Notes: generated by a model from the sequence alone, not told the origin. Counted from the first letter of the whole stretch, positions 37,995 through 51,119 are shown. The stretch: 63,837 nucleotides of DNA, filler included, from Octopus bimaculoides (GCF_001194135.2; 6 parts of 4 records of this genome joined end to end with filler, not necessarily neighbours in it); one strand, 5' to 3'. Numbers and translations are program-made.

Positions 37995-38646
37995 TTTTGG
38001 AGGAACACTTCCATCCAAGAGACCCCGAAAGCAGTCTTGTTCATCTTTCCAAGTTTCTCTCGTAGACACCAGTCATTTTCAATTCTTTTCATGTGAATTT
38101 TAGAACCTTCATCAGCTGGGATTTTCAGATCTGATTGAGGTCGACAGGTCCCCAAGCAGCAAAGTTGTAATGTCTTTGAAGCGATGAATAGACTACTTTG
38201 TGATATTCGTCCTGGTTCTCTGAGCTCTGAGTTCGAATAACGCCGAGGTTAGGTTTGTCTGATGTCAATGAGCAGTCCTGTAACGGGATCGACTCTTCCC
38301 TCCCACTCTCCGTCTTCCCTTCCTTATCTACCTTTGTCTGTCACTGTTTGTCTGCCTCTCCCTCTCTCTCCCTTTCTTTCTTTCTCACATGAAGACATCA
38401 GCTGTGTTTAAACTTGGAGAGGGGTGGGCCTTGCCAGGTTTTGAGGCGTCGAACACTATCAATGTCACGCCACCTCTACGATTTTGAGTTTTTTCTAGGA
38501 ATTTGAGGTTCAAAGAAAGGAGAGATTTCTCATGAATTAGAGGAAGAGAGAAGAAAACATATAATCAGGAAGAATACACACATACATACATACATACATA
38601 CATACATACATCCATATATATGCGTGAGTGTGTGTGTGTGTGTACG

Positions 38647-38963
38647 ACATTAATAATGATAAGGGGAATGGAAATTTTTAACATTCATAATTTATTTAAC
38701 AGTTTTTTTACAGCATATTTTCCGGACCTACACGTGATACAGCTGCAGCGACTGCGCACTGTTGGACATGCAGGTTTACTTTGAAATAGTCTAGGGTGAA
38801 AGACCCTGACGAAACTGCACCAACAATGATGCAAGGTTGCATATCTAACAGCGTGCAGTCGCTGCAGTTGAAACACGTGTGAGTCCGGAAAATATGGTGT
38901 AAAAAACTGTTAAATAAAATTATGTATGCGAAAAATCTCTATTCTTCTTATCATTAGTAATGT
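38647..38963. mobile_element. Palindromic MITE with about 125-bp arms
   Basis: acattaataatgataag...tttaacagttttttaca..atattttccggac..cacgtg...ctgcagcgactgc...catgca recurs inverted at about 38835-38963. Confidence 0.9.
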
Positions 38964-39364
38964 TATTAATTACTTTACGGATCGTATGCAGTTCTGAACA
39001 GGACACACGAAATTACCCAACGAGCGAAGTTACCAGGGTCTAACAGCTTATTATTTGCTCGAGTACTAAATACGGACAGTTGTAGTTAGCCGGTATCTAA
39101 AACCGACTTGAGAGGAAATAAGGGTCTGTAAGGTTGTTTTAGCCTATGGTCCAGGTGAAACAACCCGCCCTCATTAACGTTTTTATACGTTAGGCTTTAA
39201 ATCTCGATATCTGAACGTTTTCTCACGTCCGCGTGGTAGAAAGTTAAATTTTTCTAGTCTTTGTATAGAGTCTGACAAGCTGTCCACAAAGCTTTGGCTT
39301 TCTTGGATACGAAACCTTTGGTAACTCTAAATTTTTGTTTTAATAATTACTGCTCTATTTTTTA

Positions 39365-39921
39365 GAGTGTGCAACAGGACTCTGCACCACGCCAAACAAG
39401 CAGGAGAACCCAGTCATGTCTGTCAGACAATTTCTGCGACCACATCACCCCTAACATTTGGCCAACTAACTCCTTAGACTGCAACTCCCTTGATTATTAT
39501 GTGTAGGGCGCAGCTGAGCGAGAGACCAACAAAATTGCTGGTAACACCAAAGATGACCTGAAGGCAAGGATTATGGCAGTATTCACTAACTTAAACAAGG
39601 AGAAAGTCCAAAAGAGTTGCAGGAGATTCCGAATTTGTCTGGAGGCTGTGTTTGAANNNNNNNNNNNNNNNNNNNNNNNNNNNNNNNNNNNNNNNNNNNN
39701 TTAATTAATTAANNNNNNNNNNNNNNNNNNNNNNNNNNNNNNNNNNNNNNNNNNNNTTTTTTTTTAAAAACATTTTATTACATTTAAATTTCTATCTTAC
39801 AATTAATTAAATTAGCATAGAATACTGGTTCCATATTTTTTATAATTAAGATCTAAACTGTTAATATATGAATGCGAAAGAGATAGTTGAATAATTATAA
39901 ACTCACTTTTAGGCCACCCTG
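39365..39921 (+). mobile_element. maT (DD37D) transposase 3' fragment and right TIR
   Basis: QQDSAP...WPTNSLDCNSLDYYV*GAAERETN; I count 37 residues between the 2nd and 3rd catalytic D. Ends ...ggccaccctg (TIR CAGGGTGG) after a scaffold join. Confidence 0.88.
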
Positions 39922-42753
39922 TGTATGTATATATATATATATATATGTATGTAGATATAACCGAACGTAAATACATTTATAAAAAAAGCAATACAAACAA
40001 TATATGCAGCTCCACAAATACGCTGTAGACATTTCTGTTCACAGAAATCAGTTGTGCTACAAGGCGGTTAGACTTAATTATTTTCTTTTCAAAAAATATA
40101 TCCTTGATGAGTTGTTGTTACGTTGTTCTTTTGCCTACAGTTAACTCGACCATCCCATCTTGTTATGTTATTTAGCCAAAATCCCATCTTTTCTCAGGTA
40201 TTTTTATATATCATACTACATTATCAAATTCGTCTTTCCTTTTAAGATGTTGGAGTGTGATTTGATGGTTACTGGTACTGGGCTGTTATCTCTTTCAAGT
40301 CATCTTATCACATAGAAACCCATTCATTGATTCTGTCCTTTATGACTGTCTCTGTAGATCAATAATCAAATTTATTTAGCTAAAACTTCTACAAATGTTA
40401 AGTCCGCGCGTCACATTTTCCATGTCATTTTGACCTAAAACTTCTAGGCTTCATTTATATGCTCCTGAGGCAAAATAGGCATATTATAAAACTAACATTT
40501 CCGTGTTTCTTGATGTAACTCGTCCACATAAATCATTATTAATATATTAAAAACAACAACAACAACAACAACATATGCTTGAATCCAACAATAAAAATAA
40601 AAATAAATGGAAAAACGAAATATTATTCTGAAATTTCACTTTTTAACTTTCAATATTACTGTTTTCATAATTTGAATCCTTATCTTCAGTGAAATCTTAA
40701 CTCAATTTTCCTCCTCATCGACGTCGTCGTCGTCATCATCATTATCGACGATGATGACGGTAGGAACAACGATGGCAATGACGACGAAAATTATATATAA
40801 AAAAAAAAAAAAGCAAACAGCAGTGCAGCGGCAGCAACAACAGCAACAAAAATGTAGCAAAGTTCTCTAACAATTGCAGCAACAATAAAGAAGTATTGTT
40901 AAAATGCTTACTGAGCAATTATTTCTAAATTAATCACGTTATAATGTATAAATCTTCAGTTTGTTGGCCAACAGTCCTTTTTATATTTGTCCAATGAAAT
41001 TAAATGATATTATAACAAAAATGTTAAATGAAAAACAAAAAATATTGAAGAAAAAATACCAGAAAAATTGCTAATTTTGATAAACATATTTGAACTGTAA
41101 TAGCCGTTTAACAAAACTAATGAGATAAGAAACAAGCAATTTTGGAACAACAATGAAAACCATTATTATTATTATTACCACCATCACTATCAGCCTATTT
41201 TTAAAATCCATTTCATCAGCTGTTTCATTATTCACTGACCCTTTCTACTCCTGTGTAATGGCGATTATCTCGCTCAATAATCTCGCTCAAAAGAACCAGG
41301 ACGTCAATTAAATCTGCTTGACTGATTTAGAATATTACTTGAGCACGTCCACTCTTTAAGGAGTCATGGTGATGCTATAATAATTAGAAGGTTATCTTGT
41401 AACATTATCCTTCCGCTATTTATTTTCCGCTTTTACCTCCTTAAATAGCAAATGGGAATAGAAATCAAGCATAAAAAACAAACAAACAAACAAACAAACA
41501 AACAAAACAAAACAAACAAATGTTATAAAAAGTTAAAAAACAAAAACAAAAATCGAAATCAATTTTTATCTCCCTTTATTTTATACCGTACTGAAATGTA
41601 CAACTTAAAAGCTTTATTCAGATAGTACGATAAAAAAATAATATTTTAAAAAGTTGATTATTATTTCCTTTCACTAAAAAAATTAATTTCTGAAATATAT
41701 ACCCATATATCCTGAACGGAATCTTTATCTAAAACACTACTAAATAAAATGTTGATTGCCTGCCTTTATGTTTACCAAATCGTATAATGGCGCGGGAATA
41801 TGGTGTGTCGCAGACTGATTGGGTCGTTGAGGAATCACTGCAAGAATTTCATCTTTATTCAATGCATTTAGACAGTCTGGCATGGATCGTTGTTCAGGGA
41901 GCACAAATGTATTGCAAATTAATGAAATAACTAATCAACAATCAAGATAATATCAAGAATCGATGAAACTAGTTTGTGATGGTTTATGTCAGAAGCAGTT
42001 ACTCCACATTCTCATACAAGCTCAATTGCCGTAAGGGACACATTTACATAAATATCTTAAAATAGCTTTCCGGTTGTGGTGGCTCTTTGTTTCAAGTTCC
42101 TTTTATACACAACAGTTTTCATTGCCTTCTTACTTGAACATAATCTTTTGTTTGGCCCGGGGCATTGTCTCCCTTCCCCTATCATCTCCCATTCTAGCTT
42201 TACATCAGGTTTCCAAAACTCTTAAACCATCTCTATTTCTTTCTGTCATTCCTCTCAGTTCTTGCACCAACCTTCTACATCATTCTTTAACTTAAATCTC
42301 TTCATCACTTAACTGTCTACAACTGACAACACGACACCACTTTTATTATCCATTCCACACTCAGACGAATAGCATTGATCCGAAAAATAGAATTTTCAAT
42401 CCTCACGGCAATTGAAATTATCGAATTTTTTCAAGATTACTATCATTGTTCTCTCCTGACTAGTAAAACTTTTCATCTTTGCGCGAGCACCCTTCAGAGG
42501 AAGCAAAGGGGTAAGTGTCCACCAAGGTAAATTCGATCGCTACTTGATGTATTAAACTTCACCGGACTGCGAATCTGTAGCAGCCATGAATTTCTTGGAG
42601 TGGTTTATCTATACTATGCTGACTTATAAAGACAAGCTAACGACAAATGCGTAAGAGTTTCAGGACATTCCTGTGGAATATAAATACATTGGGAAGACAT
42701 CTAGCTGGTACACATATAGTACTATCTCTTAAATAAAACATGGATTTATAATG

Positions 42754-42817
<64 letters not shown>

Positions 42818-42859
42818 TGATGATGATGATGATGATGATGTTGATGATGATGATAATAG

Positions 42860-45800
42860 TGTGTGCTGGTGTTGCAACCACTGCTGCTACTGCACATAAC
42901 AATAATATCAGTGATGATGATAATAATAATAATAATGAAAGGAAACGGGTGGCGTCTCCTCCTCATGAGCTGATTAATGATACACCTAGTGATGGTGTCA
43001 GAATAAAAACACTGGTGATTGCACAGCCTGATAATCGCTACCTCATATGAATGACAATGAAAAAACACAATATTGTGAATAATGGTGGTAATGAAACTGA
43101 AGCCAATGATGGTGACAGTGTTACATCCGGTAGGCTCAGAGATTCTGGTCCGGCTCCAGCCTGTCGATATCCAGAAAGGGACCACCACACATGGCGTAGA
43201 TGGAGCAAGCAAATTAACACTGTGGTCATGGAATATTACTACCTGAGCAGCCCGGTAGATGAAAATGGTGCTCAAATTAGGGGTTACTGACAACGTATGT
43301 ATGATCATTGGAGAGAAAAGGGATTGTTTCAACTCACGGAACAGAGGCTATGTGATCAAGCTAGAGCAACAAGGAAAATTTGTTGGTTCACAGAAGTAGA
43401 GCTCGAAGCTATCAAAAGACGGGTCATGGAAAATAGCGGCAGAGATAACAATGAAAATACAATTCTTACTAATAAGTGTAATCTCATAGCACAGGAAAGG
43501 CGCTGTGGAAGTTTACTTGATGAGAGACATATAGACGATCTAAAAGAAGACAATAAAACTAATGGCGACATGACAGATGAACAAAAGGCAATCTACGACA
43601 GAATAAAGGCACGACTACAGGAGAACGATAGCGACATTATTTGCAACCCTAAAAAGGTTGGTCGATGGAAACTGAACCAAGAAACGAAAAATGTCAATGA
43701 AGTTCTGAAATACATCAGAACAAACAACATCACAGAAACAAATAATTTAATCAAGGTAGCAAGTATTGTTGTAGCAGAAAACGTGGGTGTTGATGTGAAA
43801 AAAAAAAAAAAGAAATATAATGGGAGTGACAAAAGAAAAGACCCATAGTGGAAAAGAAGAATACTTGTGGAGTTAGATATGCTCTCGAAGGACTTTTCTG
43901 TGTTAGACCGAAAAAAACGAAAGGGGAGCATAAAAGCGAGCAAAAATACAGGGCGCTGAAAAGGAGATATAATATGACAGTAAGTGCCTGAAAGTAGTAG
44001 TGGATGAACTGAAACAGTACCTCGTTGCAAAGAAAGCAAACATGGTAAGACACAACTAAAGAATGAAGGGTTACCACCAGAATACATTATTCAGAGTAGA
44101 TCAGAAGAGATTCTACAAAGAAATAAATGGAGAGTGTACAGATGAAAAGTTGATACCAGATAACATTGAAAGTCAAAGGTTTTGGAGTGACATCTGGAGC
44201 CTAAACAAGGAGCACAAGAAGGATGCTGAATGGTTGCAAGAACTGAAACAAACAGTAGTCTGTCCAAAACAGGCAGAACTAATCATTTCAGTTATGGAAG
44301 TGAAGGAAATCAGCAAACAAAAATGAGCAACTGCAAGGCCCCGGGACCAGATGGAGTTCAAGGGTACTGGATCAAAAGATTTGGTGAATGTCATGCACGA
44401 ATAGCTGCGCAACACAACACCTTGTTAAATGCCGACCAAGTAACACCAGAGTGGTTGACACTGGGTGGGACAGTGCTGTGCCTGAAAAACATCGCAAAAG
44501 GTAATACTGTAGACAATTACAGGCTGATATCCTGTATACCACTTATGTGAAAATTATTGACTGGAATACTCGCAGAGTCAATGTACGAACATCTGGAAAA
44601 AATGGAGTCCTACCACATGAGCAGAAGGGTTGCAAGCGTAAGTGCATATGTACCAAGTATCAACTCGTGGTAGACAAAACTGTACTGAGAGACTGCAAGA
44701 GGAGGAAAACTAACTTAGCCATGTCATGGATCGATTACCGTAAGGCGTACGATATGATCCCACATTCTTGGATTATGGGATATATGAATCTATTTGGTAT
44801 TGCATCAAAAGTTGAGCGATTGCTTGGAAAAAGTATGGTGAAGAGAAGGACGGATCTGATAGCATATGGAAGAAGTTTAGGGACAATAGAAATCAGGAGG
44901 GGCATCTTCCAAAAGGACTGCCTGTCTCCACTGATCTTTTTACTGAGCATGGTGCCACTAACACTGATTCTGAAGAAAGCAAAGGCTGGGTATGTATTCA
45001 AAAGACGCCAACAAAAAGTCAACCACTTCTTATTTATAGATGACCTCAAACTTTATGTTAAAAATGAATCCCAAGTCAGTTTCCTTGTTGATAAGGTGTA
45101 TACTTTCAGTACTGATATCAGAATGGAGTTCGGACTGAAAAAGTGCGGTGTGTTTATCTTGAAGAGAGGCAAAATCAAATGTAAGGACGGGCCAGCGATA
45201 CCGTCGGGGGAGGTTATGAAATAGATAGAAGAGATGGGCTGTAAGTACATGGGGATATTGGAAATAGATAAATTGATGGAGAAAGAAATGACAGAAAAAT
45301 TTAAGGTGGAGTACTTGCGCAGACTGAGACTGATCCTTAAGTCGAATTTAAACGAACGGAATAAGATTGAAGTTATCAACACCTGGGCGGTTTAACTCCT
45401 TATATATGGAGCAGGGGTAATCGCATGGACAGTAGACGAACTAAACAGCTTAGACAGAAAGACAAGGAAGTTGCTGACTAGATATGGGTCACTCCACCCC
45501 AAAAGTGACACAGACAGACTGTATATACCAAGAAAACGAGGGGGAAGAGGACTTATTGGATGCGAACGCAGCATTAGAGCAGAAGAAAACAACATAGCAT
45601 GGCATGTAAAAATTGCCGCAGAACTGCTATGATTGGACATAAGAAAGTCAGGCTTGTGTAGGATGGAAGATTGCAAAGATAAGGCTCTGTACAAGGACTT
45701 GAAAATGAATGAAACCGAAAATAGGTGGATAAAGAAAAGAATGCATGGACAATTTCATAGTGATGTTGAAGATAAGACCGACAGAGAAAAAGATGGCTAT

Positions 45801-46554
45801 GGATTACTAAAAATGATTTAAAACTGGAAGCGGAAGCTCCAATATATACTGCACAAGAGCAAGCATGAAGAACGAATTACATCAAATACAGAATAGACAA
45901 CATATCAGAGATTGATAAGTGCAGAATTTGTGGACAAAATGATGAAATTGTATGGCATATTACCAGTCAATGTATGCCACTAACCCAGAAACAATATAAG
46001 AGACGTCATGACAATAAAGCAAGGCTTGTCCATTGGACACTTTGCAACAAGTATGGACTTGACAGAGCAAAAAAAGTGGTACGAATATAAACTTGAATAC
46101 ATCATCTAAAATGATAATGCAAAGATCCTGTGGGATTTTAATGATTCAGTGCGACCATGAGATAGAGAATAGGAAACTATAAATTGAGAAAGAAAGCAAA
46201 TGATGCTGGATCATAGATATAGCATGCTCAACTGACATGAAGGTATGCGATAAAGAAGAAAGAAAAGTCGATAGATATGAGTTTAGCTTGGGCGGTTAAG
46301 CAGTTGTGGTCGATGAAAAAGGTGGTAGTAGTACCAATAATTGTCGGAGTAAAATTGTCAGGAACAATGAGTAAAAATTTTGAGAAGTACACAGAACAAA
46401 TAAGTGCTGCAATAAATGTGGAGCACTTGCAGTAAACAGCACTGCTTGGAACCGCTCGGATGGTGTCCGAAAAATAAGGGGTGTTTCCTTAGTTCACTTG
46501 TAGTAAACAGCTGGCACTGTAGTGCATCACCAGCGTTAGAAGCTGTGCAAAGAG
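42860..46554 (+). mobile_element. Near full-length R4/Dong-clade RLE LINE (single ORF, decayed) in (TAA)n
   Basis: N-terminal WRRWSKQINTVVMEYYY...LTEQRLCDQAR; RT motifs [76 protein letters not shown]; HPKSDTDRLYIPRKRGGRG; CRICGQNDEIVWHITSQC; KILWDF; LLGTAR. (AAT)n 5' (42751-42815) and 3' (46555-46651). The 5' limit is approximate. Confidence 0.95.
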
Positions 46555-46653
<99 letters not shown>

Positions 46654-46845
46654 TAGAGCTTATTGTGTACAGCGCTCAGATTCACTGCAGTGAAACGTAT
46701 AGTATAGTAACTAAATACTCAAGATATTTTATCCGATATTCCAACNNNNNNNNNNNNNNNNNNNNNNNNNNNNNNNNNNNNNNNNNNNNTTAATTAATTA
46801 ANNNNNNNNNNNNNNNNNNNNNNNNNNNNNNNNNNNNNNNNNNNN

Positions 46846-46910
46846 TCTAGACGGCGTTTTTAGATTTCATTATTCTCTTTAACCGGGGCAACGCCAGGTA
46901 TTTCTGCTAG
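46846..46910 (+). mobile_element. Helitron 3' terminus
   Basis: Imperfect hairpin ccggggcaacgccagg (46883-46898), then tatttctg CTAG|T at 46907-46911, then (TA)n. Confidence 0.7.
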
Positions 46911-47552
46911 TATATATATATATATAAATATATTTTTATATATCAACATTTAATGTCCACTCACAAACACACACACACACACTCCCCTCTCTCTCTCTCT
47001 CTCTCTCACTCTCTCTCCCTCTAAGAACTCAAACTAGATTTTATTTTAATATTGTTCATGTACAGATATAATCCATCTTTGTATAGTATAAAATCTTAAT
47101 ACAGAATAAGTGTATTAAAAATTATATTCGTTATGCATGTAATGATACAAAGGTTGATTGGACGTGGAAGAGTGGGGAATCTATATCCTATGATGGGTTT
47201 TTAGCTGATTACATCTTAGCACAAAACACTGGTAATGATGATGATAATTATAATAACAATAAAGAGGAGAATGGTAATAGTTGTGAAGTAAGGGAGAGGA
47301 TATTAAATGTAGTATTGTATGTATGAGAAAGTGGGGGAGAGAATGAGAGAAGGGTACATTGAAATATAGGGAGATAAATTTTCTGTTTGTCTTACCTGTT
47401 GCCAAAGTGGAGAAGAAAAGCTTTAACATTACAAAGTTCTCAAACAACATCTGCTTCTGGACAATCTCTGGATCAAACACTGTAAAGATATTTTTGTTTT
47501 GTTTCAATTTAATATTTAGATGTCTGTTCAGCAATTTCATATATATAACATT

Positions 47553-47710
47553 GTCATCATCATGATTTAACATCCATTTTCCATGCTGGTATGAGTTGGA
47601 CGGTTTGGCAGAAGCTGACAAGGTAAAGAGCCACATCAGGTTCCATAGTCTCTTTTGGCGTGGTTTCTACTGCTGGATGCCCTTCCTAACACCAACCACT
47701 CTACAGAACA
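47553..47710 (-). mobile_element. RTE-tailed SINE/LINE end (others: 56900-57010 -, 59700-59812 +, 60563-60740 -)
   Basis: ggtgttagaagggcatccagcagtagaaa...cgtccaactcataccagcatggaaaatggatgttaaatcatgatgatg; (GAT)n tail. Confidence 0.8.
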
Positions 47711-47757
47711 ATGGCAATAAAACAGTGTGTTCTGAAGAGGATATAAAATATAAAATT

Positions 47758-48716
47758 AATCGAAATCAAGTTAAATTGGACACTAAACTTCACTTGCAAA
47801 GACCTGTTGAGGCAAGTGAAATCGAAATCGAGTTAAATTGGACATGAAACTCAGCTTGCGAAGACTTATTCGGGCAAGCGAAAGCGAATTTGTGATGGCA
47901 CCTGTGCCCAGCATCGCTTTTCTGGCACTTTCGAGCGAGATTGTTGCCAGTGCCCCTGGACTGGCTCTTGTGCGGGTGGCACATAAAATACACCATTTTG
48001 AGCATGGCCGTTGCCAGTACCGCCTGACTGGCCTTCGTAGGATTTTCGAGCGATATCGTTGCCAGTGCCCCTGGACTGGCTCTTGTGCGGGTGGCACATA
48101 AAATACACCATTTTGAGCGTGGCCATTGCCAGTACCNNNNNNNNNNNNNNNNNNNNNNNNNNNNNNNNNNNNNNNNNNNNNNNNNNNNNNNNNNNNNNNN
48201 NNNNNNNNNNNNNNNNNNNNNNNNNNNNNNNNNNNNNNNNNNNNNNNNNNNNNNNNNNNNNNNNNNNNNNNNNNNNNNNNNNNNNNNNNNNNNNNCACTT
48301 TCGAGCGAGATTGTTGCCAGTGCCCCTGGACTGGCTCTTGTGCGGGTGGCACATAAAATACACCATTTTGAGCATGGCCGTTGCCAGTACCGCCTGACTG
48401 GCCTTCGTAGGATTTTCGAGCGATATCGTTGCCAGTGCCCCTGGACTGGCTCCTGTGCAGGTGGCACATAAAATACACCATCTTGAGTGTGGCCGTCGCC
48501 AGTACCGCCTGACTGGCCTTCGTGCGGGTGACACGTAAAAGCACCCACTACACTCTCTGAGTGGTTGGCGTTAGGAAGGGCATCCAGCCGTAGAAATTCT
48601 GCCAAATCAGATTGGAGCCTGGTGTAGCCATCTGGTTTCACCAGTCCTCAGTCAAATCGTCCAACCCATGCTAACATGGAAAGAGGACGTTAAACAACGA
48701 TGATGATGATGATGAT
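47758..48716 (+). mobile_element. RTE-related bipartite SINE with an internally amplified 115-bp unit
   Basis: 62-bp direct repeat at 47758-47881; 115-bp units (tcgagcga at 47931 and 48046) across a gap; then gtggttggcgttaggaagggcatccagccgtagaaa...aacccatgctaacatggaaagaggacgttaaacaacgatgatg. Confidence 0.85.
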
Positions 48717-49292
48717 TTTAATGAATGTGTGCTATATCAAATGTGATTAAAATAGATACAAATTCTTTCTTGAAAATAATATACAGAACATTATACACTA
48801 AATAAGAAATAAACTTCCACAGTAAATAGGACATGGAGTAATTCCAAGTACAACTTTCAAGGATGCTTATGTGATAATACCTAATCACTTTAACTATTTC
48901 ATATAAACTTTTATTCAATCCCTATCTTCTTATTACTACACCAAACAATCACAGATCACCTTAACTACAATTACTGTAAAACTTCACGAAGACGACAAAA
49001 TCACTAAAGACAAAATTAGGGGTAAATGTAATACAGGGTGTAAAGCTGTTAAGTTTTCCCATCCACTTCTATTAATAAAGCTTCATTATATATCAATATG
49101 TTTTACATAAAATGAAATATTAAAAATATACTAGACTATAGCAGATTATCTACTCTTGTAGAAATTGTTCAACAGTGTATATTTAACAAGGTATTATGAG
49201 AGAATTTAGGCCCCCAAAATCATAATGTCCATTATGCATGGAATTCTGCAATATTAGTCAACAAAAAACTGAAGTCTGCATTTGCAGTTAAT

Positions 49293-49327
<35 letters not shown>

Positions 49328-50389
49328 NNNNNNNNNNNNNNNNNNNNNNNNNNNNNNNNNNNNNNNNNNNNNNNNNNNNNNNNNNNNNNNNNNNNNNNNN
49401 NNNNNNNNNNNNNNNNNNNNNNNNNNNNNNNNNNNNNNNNNNNNNNNNNNNNNNNNNNNNNNNNNNNNNNNNNNNNNNNNNNNNNNNNNNNNNNNNNNNN
49501 NNNNNNNNNNNNNNNNNNNNNNNNNNNTTTTTTTTTTTTTTTTTTTTTTTTTTGAAATTTGAAAATTATCAAATTAGACATTAGTATAGGAAAAAATTGA
49601 CTTGGAATCCAACAAAGAAAAGAATACTGAGTGATAAACACCAACAATTATCCAGATATTTTATTAGTTACCTCAATTACAATCAGGTCAAATTTGAAGA
49701 AAAATTTCTTGAAAAAAAGACAATGTTTCAGACTCTCCCAACTTCAACAACAACAACTATGCTGAACAATTTTTACCCCTAAAGATGATGCAACAGTACA
49801 AAATAATGAATCAATACTTGCAATGTAATGATTTCAAACAGGTAGGGAGAAAATAACGAGAAATCAGAAGTTATTCGTTTTGTCCGGGTTACTAATTTTG
49901 CACCCCCTATATATATAAGGTAAGTAGAGTAAGAGGTTGGAATAACTGTCTAAGGGATAAAAGTATCCATTATACTACCGGTATAATTACTTATGTTAAC
50001 CCTGGACATACATATACAAGCATATTATGCCCATAGATTATAGGTAATGACAAAGATAAACATGAGTTTATCAGGAATCAAATTTAAAGTAAACAGAAAA
50101 TGGAGAAATGTTGATCAACAACAATAATTGAGGTAAGTCAGTTGTAGTTGATCAATATTTCTCTCTCTCTCTACACACACACACGTGTGTGTGTGTGTTC
50201 TTGTCCCCCACCACAACTGTTGGTGTATTTAAATCCCTATAAGCTAGCAGTCCAGCAAAAGAGTCCGATAGAATAAGTACCAGGCTTAAAAAGAAACTCA
50301 GTACTGGAGTTGATTAGTTTGACTAAAATTCCTCAAGGTGGTGCCCTAGCTTGGCTACTGTCTAATGACTGAAACAAGGAAAAGACACA

Positions 50390-51006
50390 CACTCAAGAGA
50401 CAGAGATGCAGGAAAAGCAGTAAAATGTGACAACCGATGAAGGCTTTATGGAATTAACATGAAGGTTTCACCCACATCACAAACAGTTGTCTGAAAATGT
50501 CATCATGGTATTATCTACCGATGAGAGATGTTGTTGTAACTAGGACACTCTATAATGAAATCCGTCGGAAGGATAACCCCAAGGACAAAGAAATAAGAAC
50601 CCCCAGTATGGTAGAAGCCATAGCCAATCATAATAAAAAGGAGTACTGGTGGAATGTCCCATTGAAGACCTCATTAAAATGTTAGCACAACAGACGTGAT
50701 ATAATGATTTGTGATAGAGAAGAGAAACTGTGTACAGTTGTAGAAATGAGCTGTCCTGTGGATGTTAACATAAAGCTGAACGTCAGAGAAAAAGAGAATA
50801 TTTGCACTGAACTTTTGAGAAATCTGCAGTTACTCTATCCAGATTACAAGTTCAGGTTTATACCTGTAATTATTGGGATACTGGGATATGTAACACACTG
50901 CCTAAATATCAATCTTGAGAAATTAGACTTCTCAAGATCGGAGAAGAGAAAGCTAATTCAAAGACTACAGATCCAATCCATCACTGGAACTGTAAAACTT
51001 TTGTAA
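50390..51006 (+). mobile_element. RLE-type LINE 3' fragment (lineage distinct from the Dong copies)
   Basis: KCDNR*RL.G...EGFTHITNSCLKMSSWYYLPMR (decayed CCHC), then HNR.DIMICDREEKLCTVVEMSCPVDVNI..EK...IPVIIGILG (PD-(D/E)xK-like nuclease). Confidence 0.8.
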
Positions 51007-51009
51007 TAC

Positions 51010-51083
51010 TTCGACCGTGCGAACCAAAGGAGATGGCGACGTAGACGGGAAAAAGCTCCTTTTTACCACGTCGCACGGTCGAA
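51010..51083. repeat. 74-bp hairpin with 13-bp perfect inverted ends
   Basis: ttcgaccgtgcga (51010-22) / tcgcacggtcgaa (51071-83); inner stem aaaggag / ctccttt. Confidence 0.85.
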
Positions 51084-51119
51084 CACAAAAATAAAGATAT
51101 ATATAATAGAAGATATATA

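Noticed and set aside
38780-38835. CTGACGA hammerhead-like core in the MITE centre (also weak cores at 38090-38125, 40660-40695, 62495-62530, 63288-63315)
   Set aside because: Stem II closure, the GAAA or the NUH/stem I pairing is missing. At best these are decayed relics.
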